The translations under genes were made by a program, and so were the position numbers. The notes below the pieces were generated by a model. It made no database searches. It was not told the DNA's origin and was given only the letters and a program-made list of their open reading frames with translations. DNA of 25,087 nucleotides from a virus (taxonomy: Duplodnaviria; Caudoviricetes), in the IMG/VR virus record IMGVR_UViG_3300005512_000305, positions 1 to 25,087 of that record; one strand, 5' to 3'. Positions 7,200 through 18,100 of the stretch are shown here, piece after piece. Numbering within the stretch: position 1 is the first letter of the stretch; each line of letters starts with the position of its first letter.

Positions 7200-8035
7200 T
7201 GGCTAGGTTTTATGAAAACCCCATGAATCGACCCCCCACTAGGGGTGAACCGCCAAACCGTACCCGCACGGCCCCTAAACCGCCGTCAAACACTGATGAT
7301 GTGAGACGTGTCGCACAATACTTTGGTATCAACGTTCCGACACCGCAAGCACCGGTACGCTCAACCACGCCCGCTATCGCTTCGTCCTACCTAAACGCCG
7401 CAGGAGAAAGAGTAAACGCTGGTGGCGGCGGTGGCGGCGGTGGCGGCGGTGGCGGCGGTGGCGGCGGTGGCGGCGGCGCTCCAGCACCTGTAGCACCTAG
7501 AGCGTACAGTGCCCCCGCAGCATCAGCCAACCCATACAACATGATTGCGGCGCAAAGCATGTTCCGTGCCGACCGCGCCTCCCTGCAGAACACACTCCAG
7601 GAAACACTTGCACAAATTCTGTTCAATAAGCAACGCCAATACCGTGGCCTTGACACCTCCCGTGAAACGTTAGGTCGTCAAGAAATCAAAGGTGCCCGCG
7701 AAACAGGTGAAGACTTTGCCGCCCGCGGTCTCGGGTCGTCTGGGCTTTACAAGCAAGCGTTAGATGAAATGCTGGCTGGTTTCCAGCGCAGCCGTGGCGA
7801 ACTTGACACCATGCAGCAAGACCTTGCGCAACAGTACGGTGCACGCGGTTCGCTGAAAGACATTGACCCGTCACGTTTGTACGGTGACGATTACACGGCG
7901 CTTGCCAACGTGTACGGTCTCCTCGGTCAAAGGGGTACGTCCGCTGGACAACAGTATGGTTCCGCTTTGAACCAGGCTAGGGCTCAGGCTGCTGCACGTG
8001 CTGGGCAAAGCATCTTCGGTCGGGCTGGTTTCTAA
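7199..8035 (+). CDS. Probable internal virion (ejection) protein with poly-Gly linker
   Basis: Ala/Gly/Gln-rich helical protein with FAARGLGSSG motif, located after the nozzle gene. Confidence 0.6.
   Translation: MARFYENPMNRPPTRGEPPNRTRTAPKPPSNTDDVRRVAQYFGINVPTPQAPVRSTTPAIASSYLNAAGERVNAGGGGGGGGGGGGGGGGGGGAPAPVAPRAYSAPAASANPYNMIAAQSMFRADRASLQNTLQETLAQILFNKQRQYRGLDTSRETLGRQEIKGARETGEDFAARGLGSSGLYKQALDEMLAGFQRSRGELDTMQQDLAQQYGARGSLKDIDPSRLYGDDYTALANVYGLLGQRGTSAGQQYGSALNQARAQAAARAGQSIFGRAGF
7421..7477 (+). repeat. Perfect 9-nt tandem repeat (GGTGGCGGC)x6 + GGC encoding 19 Gly
   Basis: Read directly from the sequence. Confidence 0.97.
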
Positions 8036-9132
8036 TGTCTTGGCTTGACTATATTGCCCCGCCACCTCAGGGGGACTACCAGAGTTACATTGAACGCAAG
8101 TATGGTGTGGGGCGAGCGCCTGCACCAACACCAGAGCCGGAACCCACCCCACCACCCGCACCCGTAAAACCCGGTCGAGTACCCACTAACCCTCAAATTT
8201 ATGGGTTGGCAGGAAAAACCATGGGTCTGGGTGTCCCTGGGCAAGGACGCTACGAACCACCACCAAACCCCCTATTCCAGGTAGTAGGTACCACAGGCGG
8301 CTCACCAGGATACGATAATCGCGCTTCGGTGGCTGCCTACTACCAAAACCTCAAAAACCAGGCAGAGGGACGTTACGGTCAAGCCCGTGGCGACATTGGG
8401 CGAACCTACGACGAACTTGCCGCAATGTACGAACCCATGGCGGCAGCAACAGCGGCAGCATACGATGACGCTATCGCTGGTGGTGCGTCCGAATCAGAAG
8501 CACTCATTGCGGCAACCCAAGAACGCATCAACAGTGAAGCGGCCATGCGGGCTGCACAATACGGTGAACTGGGTATTGATGTGACACCCGATAGTGAAGT
8601 TGCTGCTGAAGCTGAACGGGGCATGTCGAACATTGGTGCGGCACAATCCGAATGGTCCGGTTTGATGGGTGCGTTGAGTACTGCCGCGCAGAACCGTTTC
8701 CAATCAGATTATGTAGGTGCTGGTGAAACTAAAGCTATGGCGCAAGCTGATTTGGTGAACGCTTACCAAAACTATTTGAATACGTTGCAGGCTGAGGAAA
8801 CACAGGCAATGCAGGGTGCTTACCAGCCTGGTAGCGCTGGCACCCCTCAAATGTTGATTGATACTTTGCCGACTGCTATACAAACAGAGCTGTACCGTCA
8901 AAATTTGATTGAGCAAGGTTTACTCCCTGACCCTAACGCCAACATGGACCCGATGGCTGATATTTATTCTTTGGCTCCGAAAAATTGGCAGATGGCTAAC
9001 CTTCTCCAACAGGAAGGTTTGATGAGCCCAGAGTTGTTGCAGCGTTTCATTGCGACGCAAGAAGCCGATTTGAACTATCGTACGGGTACCGCTGACCCCT
9101 ACGAGTTGTTGTTGCAAATACCGGGCGGATGA
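8035..9132 (+). CDS. Probable internal virion (ejection) protein
   Basis: Pro-rich N-terminus and Ala-rich helical body, lying between the nozzle gene and the giant protein. Confidence 0.6.
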   Translation: MSWLDYIAPPPQGDYQSYIERKYGVGRAPAPTPEPEPTPPPAPVKPGRVPTNPQIYGLAGKTMGLGVPGQGRYEPPPNPLFQVVGTTGGSPGYDNRASVAAYYQNLKNQAEGRYGQARGDIGRTYDELAAMYEPMAAATAAAYDDAIAGGASESEALIAATQERINSEAAMRAAQYGELGIDVTPDSEVAAEAERGMSNIGAAQSEWSGLMGALSTAAQNRFQSDYVGAGETKAMAQADLVNAYQNYLNTLQAEETQAMQGAYQPGSAGTPQMLIDTLPTAIQTELYRQNLIEQGLLPDPNANMDPMADIYSLAPKNWQMANLLQQEGLMSPELLQRFIATQEADLNYRTGTADPYELLLQIPGG

Positions 9133-9143
9133 ACCAATTTAAC

Positions 9144-9191
9144 TGGTATATTTGAGGGTGAAAGCGGCTCCTAAGTCGCAAAATGAGAGGA
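9144..9191 (+). promoter_or_regulatory. Extended -10 (TGGTATATT), small leader hairpin and SD (GAGAGGA) for the giant gene
   Basis: Read directly. The SD position favours ATG 9195 over 9183. Confidence 0.55.
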
Positions 9192-12100
9192 AAAATGGCT
9201 GTACCCCTTCCTAAGCCCCCAAAACCCCCTAGTGGGATAGTTGATAGGGGGGAAGCCCTAAAATCGCTTCTATCGGGCTCCTACGGCGTCAAAAAATCGT
9301 CAAACCCGATAAATTATCCGCGAACAGACATTTTGAGTGCCGCGGGGCAACTTCCACGAACCGACCCTAACAGTATCGACTGGGACCCTTATTGGCGACC
9401 CATCGAACAAACATTGCTCACTATCACCGCTGGTGGGATGGGTAACGTCAACGTTGCTGACAAAGCTGTCAAATACTTAACATCAACAGACCCCAGCAAA
9501 CACATGAACTATTGGTCCCATCTTGGACCAATCGGTGACTTCACACGCGGGTTCTGGGCGTCAGTCACCATGGACAAAAACTCTGACGATTTCGTGTACG
9601 GTTCAGACCTTATCGAAAACGTGTCCGACAACGTGGGCAAACGGTACGACCCCAATTATGTTGACCGTGAAAACAATATTGACCCGAAACTAAAGTTCGG
9701 TGCGGGACTTGCAATAGATATTTTCGCTGACCCCATCACATACCTGCCTGGGGGTATTCTTGCGTCTGGTGTGCGCGGTGGTGTGCGTGCCGCCCAAGCA
9801 GCCACAGGGTTAAGCAAAATCCCTGCTGGTATCAAAGGTGTCAAAACAGGTTTACCTGAAGGTGTGGGCGACTTCAAAATGGGTCGCTTTACTAAACAAC
9901 TCAAACCAACCGGTTACGACGAATGGGTTGCTGCACGAAGCCTTAAAAACATTGAAAGAATTGCCCGCAAAAACCAAATCCCCACTGAAGGGTTGCTGGC
10001 TTTAGCTAGCGCAAAAGCCGCCAAAAGCTACGAAATAGCTGCCGCTAAACTCACCAAAGAAAGCCCCATTGGGCGTGTTTTCACTGTTGATGATGTGAAA
10101 AACTTGCAAACACAAGTCCAAACATTGCGGGCAGGAAACAGGTTCTACCCCATCAAGGGTAATGTGGAGGCCGCTGAAACGCTCATGGAGGGGGTCGCGA
10201 AGTCCCCTGCCGCACAAAAAGCTGCACGTGCAGCCACCTCCCGTGTGGGTGTGGGTGCCGCAAAGTACACGACCCTCAAAGCGGGTGAAGAAGTTGACGA
10301 ACTGCGGTACCAGAAACTCCGTGAAGAATCTGTGCGCCGCACCAAGGCCGGGTTCTGGGCCGAAGCCCGCCAAGAGTTCAAAACTGATGCTGCAGCGCGT
10401 CAAGCCGCGGCAAGGGCAGAGGAATCAGCGCAAGTCCGTACACCATCCAGCGCGGACCCTGAAAGTTTCGAAGAAGTTGTTGTTAACGCTGGGCGTCAAG
10501 CGTTGCTGCGGTTCCAACCAGCCGAAGCCACCACATCCCCCAACCAGGATGTTTTCACCATTGTTGACGCCATCACAGACTCCCCAGTAGGTTCCACGGA
10601 AGCAATCGCACGTGTTTCCCGTGAACTCATCCGCAACGGCGAACAACTCGATTTGACTGTTACCGCACCATCAGGAACCAAATACAGTCTCAGTGAACTT
10701 CTAGACGGTGTTATCGACGGCACAGCCACAAACATCAACACTGCCGACCTTGAGCATGTGTCACGGTTCCTGCCGCGAGTTTTCGAGAACATGCAAGAGG
10801 CACGCAAAAGTGTTGCACCTCGCGAAAGTGTTGCACCCAAGACTGAGGTTGGGGCGGAACCCGTTGAGGATGTTCTGATTGACCCGTTGGGTGTGCCAAA
10901 ACCTGTCGGCAGCCTAAAAGACATTGTGGACTTTGCGCAGATTGATGCGTTCGCTGACGAGCTAGAAGCGCTTGCCCGCACAGAACAAGCTTTGGATGCT
11001 GAAATCCTTGCCGTCATGCGTGACACCAACGTTGAAGGTTTCGTATACGACGTCAACATTAAGGGTTTGCGCCCAGGTGACCTAGAAAGAGCTTTGCGGA
11101 AAGAAAACATCACCACTGTTATTGATGCGCGAGCATACCCGAACGCTGATGTTAAAGAAGACTATCTGCACCTCAAAGGTGACCGTTTGGAGCTTTCCCT
11201 GGGCGAAGCGGGCATCAAATATGTGCCATCTGGGGCGAAACTCGGAGACCGGCCAGGAAACGCAGCATTCTATGTGGACGGTAACCCCACATACGAGACC
11301 ATGCGCACGTCCCCCGAATGGATAGCTGGTGTCGATGAGATTGTCGCGCAGGTTAAAGCCGGTGAAACAATCGCTATTTTGAGTTTCGGTAAAACAACGA
11401 GAGACACTCTCACGTCAAGGTTGTTGCAACCAGAGTTGAATGCACGCGGATACCAGGTCAGGTATGTGCGGGCAGACCTTAACGATGCAGATTTTCGTCC
11501 TGAAGGTTATCAACCGAACAGTGACCGTTTGCGTGCTTTGTACGAAAAGCGTGGGGCTGTCAGGGCTGAACGGGAAAGAATTTACCAGCAAACCATTAAA
11601 GCTGACGCACAAAAATTGTTGCCTGGTGCTGCGGAAAGTGAAATTAACGCGCTCAACCGCCGCATTATTAGTGCGGAAGCGCACACGATGGCGGGTTGGC
11701 GTAAACACGTCAAATCCCCTGTCCGTGGGTTGCAGCAAGTTGATGTGGGTAAATGGGCTGACAACGTTGCCGGTATCGCTGAAGAGTCCGCGAAACGTCT
11801 CGCTAAAGATGGTGGCGGTTCTGTTGAAGCCCAGAGTGTTCTGTTAACAAAACTGTTGGCTTTGCATGGTGGGGAGAACGTTCAAGAGCTTCTGGACCGT
11901 CTCGTGTTGGTTTCTGGTGGCACCCAGAAAGCGACAGCGGACTTGACGGACATGGGTGACGCTGCAGACTTTGTGGAAAAAGTTTTGGGTTCGTCGAAAC
12001 CTTTCGGCGTGCTTGATGTTAATAACAGGTTTGAGCGTGGTGTTTCGGAACAAGAAATTTTTGATGCGGTGCAAGCGCTTGCCGCATTGAAATCAGACAT

Positions 12101-15100
12101 CCCCGGTTACACGGATAAAGCTAGAGAAATCATGGCCCGCGAAGGTGTCGGACCTGAGGATGCGCGAATCGTTGACCGCAGTTTCCTGTTTGTCCGGCAA
12201 TACCAGGACGCGGTAGAAGCCAACCCTGGGGAACGGGTTAACATTTGGGGTGAAGTTGTTGATGAAGATTTTGTTGCACACGAAGCAAACCGCATCATCG
12301 ACAATATTGCTAACACGTACTATGCGGAAGCGGTACGCACACCTGATGTTCCCACCGGTCAATCTATTGAAACTTTTGTTGAAACGGCTTCGGCAAGGAA
12401 CGTAGAGTTGAGCGCGAACGACGAAGGCGTCAACGTTATTCGCGATATCACGTACATGCAGAAAACTCGTGTCCCCGTCAGGGACCAAAAAGTTACCACC
12501 CCCACAAGGGACCCCGCGCAGGATGCTCTGCGTAACGCTGACTACGCTATAACAAACTCGAGGTTGCAACCAGCAGAACAACCGTCGTTGCGTCGCCCAC
12601 AAGCGGCAAGCGTTGCAGACTCGGCAGCGTTGCAGTTGTCACGCCCACCAGCAGCTAATTTGAATGGCAAAAAAGTTTTTGTTTCGTATGACGAAAACCT
12701 GGTCAACGGTCGCGGCATTCTCGAGGTCGTTAGCAGTATAAAGAACACGCACTGGAAGGGTGCGGAAATTTTTGTGCCAGAACTGCCCATTAACATGATT
12801 TTGGTAACCCATCTTCGCAAAGAGGGTATCCCGTTCACCGTTTTCCGCAAAGAAGTAACGGAAAGCGGGCAAGAAGCAAGCATTAAAAAACAACTAGTGA
12901 ACGTGTGGGCCGGTAGCGGCGAAAGCGCGGAGCTAAGCAACTTCGCGGCCAGAATGTTCACTGCGGAAATAAACGGTCAACCCGTGACGTTCCCCACGGT
13001 TGAACATTATTTTCAGGCAAAAAAGGCCGATATGGCTGGCGACATAGCGGCGGGTCGCGCAATCCTGGCCGCTCCCACCGCCGCCCAGGCCAAAAAATTG
13101 GGTCGAACCGTAAAAATGACACCAGAACAAGTGGCCGCTTGGAACGCACAAAGTTCTGAGGTTCTTTATGAGGGTATGGTCCAGTCTTTTAAGCAAAACC
13201 CTAATGCGGCAAAAATTCTGGCAAAAACGGGTTCTGCGAAAATAACGCACAAATCTCCTTCGGGCAAAACAGACAAATGGACCGAAGAGTTTCCCAAGCT
13301 TTTGGAACGGGCCAGAAGAGAATTGTCGCCGCCCACCGCCGAACAAGCGGGCGAGGCAAAACCGTTCCAATTTTTCGAATACGGAAGATTTAATAAAGAA
13401 ACACGACCGGTTGTAGCAACTTTTGATGCCAGCAAGCAGGCCGAGCTAAAAGACGTTTACGACCACATTGTTGGTTTCGCCCGTCAACCCTTGCCTGACG
13501 TCGAAACTTGGGTGCAAACCTTATACCGTATGGCCGGGAACAGTGACCCGTCGTGGCAGGCAAAAACCAGCGCAAGAACAATCCTTAAGTCCATTGGGCT
13601 CCCATACCAGGCGGGCACGCGAGGGGTGCCGGCACGTGACGCTTTGCGTGAAGCCATCCAAAACCCTGAAGCCAAAAAAGCGTACCTGCAGTACATCAAA
13701 TCATTCCAGGCACTATACGATGTTGACCCCGTCACGAAACAACTTGTCAACTTTGAGGCAAGAGGTGCTGGTGTAGACATTTTTGGTCAAATGTGGCGCA
13801 ACCGGTACGACTTCGCGAAAACTGCGAAGGGCGAAGAACTGCTCGAAGCTAACGAGGCGGCAATCAACAACATGTTCCACGCGTACACCCAATACCCTGA
13901 CGGTGACATTATTTGGCAGGCCGTCAAGGAGTCCAGGGTGCCGGTCTCGGAAATAGGCCAACCGGGTGCAGAGTTCACGGTTAGCGCATCAGGGCGCAAA
14001 ATGTACAGGTCAGAAAAACCAAAACTTATTAACGTGCTCACAAAATATTTGGGTGCGCAACGCGCTTACGAAGTGTTACCGCACGTACGGTACAACGAAG
14101 CACGAATCGACTTGCAAACCCTTTTGCGGGGCAGTGAAGAAGCCGCAGAAAAACAATACGACGTTTTGAAAGAAAGAAACCTGCTCGACGACATTCTTCA
14201 CCGCACCAGCACTTACTCGCACCTGCCAGACACGGTGCGCCCCCAAGCGTTAACGTACGCTTCTTCGTCGGCGCTCACAGACCTGAACAGGGCTTACTTC
14301 TCTGGGGACATTGAAACCCTTGCAGAGTATTGGGGTTCCACTGTTGCCCGCACCGAATACTCTTACTCGCAAGTTGTGCAAGTACCCAGGTACACGGATG
14401 AGTTTTTGCAGGCAGCGGAACGTAAACTTGCGAACCCCAACGTCATCAAAAAACTGTTTGATAAGCGTATTGGCTCAGAAATTACAGACGTCGGCACGTT
14501 AACACGCCCCACCGCTGAGACCATCGAAGTCGACTTTATGCGGGACCCTGATGTTGCCAAAAAACTTCCTGTTTCCAAAGAATACGCTGTTGTTAACCGT
14601 ATCGGTGAGGAGGGCGGTGCCCTCGTCAGATGGACAATGACAGAAGACCCGCAAATCAACAGTTTCATTAACGACATTTCTTTGATGCTTAACATTGAAG
14701 AAGAGGTGGCGCGGAGAATTGTTCCGGGCGCTCTCGAATACGCCATGGCGAAAGGCACCGCACCGGATGTTTTCGACAGCAACGTTTTTGTTCGTTACCT
14801 GCTAGGTGAACTAAAAGTTTCGCAAAAGAAAACTACTCGCCCGCTCACTCGGGAAGAAACACGTTTGTACAATGAGGGCAAACTGGCTGGCGACATTGCT
14901 AGGGAAGCCAAAAACAAAGTTGATGTTGCTTTAAATCTGAAAAGGCTGCTACCAGTTGATGAAAAAAGAACCGGTCTTCTCGGTACAGCTTGGAAACAGT
15001 ACGACCAAAACTTTCTCGACATGGTCACCGACAACCTTTTGGGGCAAAGATTCGAAAACGGTCAAGCTGTTGCAGAATTTTTGCGCAGTAAAAACCTGAC

Positions 15101-18100
15101 GTTGCGTGGCGCATGGGATTCGAACCGGGAAGCTTTCATTGTTGAGCGAGAGTTCATTACCGATTCGGTGGTACACAACGCGGATGAGGTGCGTAGGATT
15201 CTTGCGCAAAGCGACGCCGACGCCAAAATTGAACAGATGCTCGCGGAGAACGCGCAACGTGTGCAAACCAATTTGTTGAGGATTAAAAACGAGTCCGCAC
15301 GTAATCTTGTACAAAACGTGGCAGCCGGCGCTTACCGCAGAAGCGTCAGACCCCTCAAAAAGGGCCAACAATATGCTCGCCGCGGTAACGTGTGGCCCAA
15401 CATCACAAAAGGTTTAAAAAGCAAAATCAAACCAGGGACCATACAGCATTGGAATGCGTCAATGTTGGCGCTCACCAGATGGCACGACATTAGCCTTTCG
15501 ACCGGTATTTTCCCTATCACAAAACTAATTAACACTCCACTGCGATATGTGACCGTGAGTGCACAGCAAGACTGGGCTTACCTGAGTTTTGTGGACGTGT
15601 ACCGTAGTATCGCAACACGCAACCCCGGTATGGACGAAATGTTCCGTACCGCCCTCGACGCGGGCTTCCCCATCAACGTCATCGAAGAAGCCGCCGTGTT
15701 TGCTATGAAAATGAACCGTTCCGAAGTGGAACTGTTGTCGGAAACCAAAACGATGCTGCTTGCCGAGTACATGACTCAACGTTTGCGTAGAATCGATAAA
15801 GACCTAGCCGCTAAAATTAACCCGTTTGAGGGCAACAATTTTGAGACAGCGTTTATTGCAACAACAGTGTCATGGTTGACGGATAGCCAAATCGCTGGCG
15901 AGTTGCTTCAAAAACACAACATGTATGCTGCCGCAGCATTCCGGACCGCTGATGAAGTTTCTAACGCCATTGTGGAACCTGTGCGTCAAAAAGTGGTAGA
16001 CGTTGCAAGAAACATTACACGTAACAGTAGCGCCCAGCACGAAGCACTCAACGAATCCATTGACGAGTTGCGTCAAGTTTTGCGAGACCGTGGCTACGCA
16101 AAAGACTCTTTGGAGAGTCTGTTGTCTTTGCAGAAACTCTCAAAGTTTCACGTGGAACATTTCACGCCCCTGGACATTAACGCGGCGCGATACCGTCAGC
16201 GTCTCACCGGGGCTGCTATTGCCGGAACAGACAACCTCACCAGTGAGGCTAAACGTCGCGCCACAGCCCGCCAAAGACGGATTGCGGAACTGTACCAGCA
16301 AAACAAACAGGTTCCTAAAAACATTAGGCAAGCACAAAAAGCGTGGCTTGAAAAAGTGCAGGCAGCGCAAAACACGGAACGTGCAGCGCTTGCCAATGAA
16401 ACTATTGATTTAGCTAAACAAGCAACAGGTGAGGATGTCACCAGTATGGCTGCCGCAGCAATTGCGGCGGGTGACGAAGCCCTACTGGCTGCGGCGTTCG
16501 AAAAAACTATTAACATTGCTGAAAATGTTGAATCTTTAGCTGAAAGCCTACAAAGAGCGTTCACTCAAGGGCCCGTCATGAACGGTTACTACGATTTGAC
16601 CGCCCAAATGGCCTCACAGGGCAAAAAAGGCAACTATGCAGAACATATTGCAGCCGAACAAGCAAGAGAAGCATCAGGTTTGCCCCTAGAAAGCCTCAGG
16701 GAGGCCGTAGAAGCCACCCCAGCGAGCGAACGTCTCCCAGGGTCAGCTTTCGAAAGAACGAGCCGTACAACGCGATTTATGACCGCTATGAGTGGTCGTG
16801 CGAACATGCGGTTCATGAAACACATGCAGGTGACCGAAGAAGCCGGCATGGACGCTGTAAGAAACATGTTCGAACGCGGTGTCGAATCAACCCTAAAACA
16901 AGCGCAACAACTTTTCGGCGGCGACAAAGAAGCCATCGACTTTGGTTGGCAAGTCATCATTGGAACATTTGGGCCCAAAAACATGCGCAAACCGCTAGAA
17001 CAACTAGCAACCACACCAGAACAAATGGCTATCGCGCAACAAATCGTGCACCAAACACGGACACTCTTCGACACAGAAACCGCACACACCCTAGCAATGA
17101 CCGGCCTCGACACCGACCACATCAACTCGTGGTTGCGTCGAGGACCCCTACGGGCCAGCGCTGCGCAACTCCCCGAAGGAATGACCGGATACGACATAGC
17201 AAACACTATCCCCGTCATGCTTAACAACCTGTACGATGCTTACCTCAACGGCGTCAGGGGTGCCGACTACACTACGCTCCTCAAAGGTTACAACTTTGCT
17301 TTGCGCAACGCAGCCATCGCCCCCAACAGTGCCGCCCGTATGAGTGCACAGTTCGGGCACCGTGGTCTCGGATACTCCACAGTTAAAGAAGCTCTCGCTG
17401 ATGGTCTCGTCCAACCACAAGTGGGCCGTGGCGCTGGCACCCTATTCCAGTGGCTCGACCCCACACAGGCTTACCCCAAAGAAATCCTCGAACAAGCACG
17501 CCAACTGGAAAAATTCATGGACTACGACAGTCAAAACGTGGGCAAACTGTTGAAAGCTTTCGACAAACCCACCACTGTTATCAAATCATCCCTAACCTTG
17601 TGGAAAACAGGCCACCACGTTGTTAGCGCCATGGGTGAAGCGTTCATGAACGTTCTCGCGGGCGTGTACAACCCGTACAGGTACGCGCAAGCATTCCGGG
17701 CGCTCCGAGAAGGCGGCGAGTTCAGGCGCGGGTCCATTTTCGGGGAAAACATTCTCGACCTCGAAAACTGGGCAAAAGAATACGCTGACGAAGCAGTACC
17801 CAACCCCACCCGTCAAATAATGAAACAAAGCGGAAACAAAGGTATCCCCATCCGCATTGGCAACAAAACCACTGTTGTCCCATACCAGGCGTTCTACCGA
17901 GAGTTCATGCGGCGAGGCTTGGGTATCAGCGCAAACGTGGCAGAAGACCTCCTTGTGCAAAGCGACGAAATCGTCAAATCCGGTGGTGTTCTCAGAAAAA
18001 TCTTCTCCCCCGTGCTCAGAGCCAACCAAGGGCTAGCAGAGTTCTCCGCCCGACGCGACAACCTGTTCAGGATGGCGCACGCTATCGACATCATCCAGAA

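Noticed and set aside
10807-10837. 13-nt direct repeat AAAGTGTTGCACC x2 (KSVAPRESVAPK)
   Set aside because: A small in-frame duplication in a linker, with no sign of wider significance.
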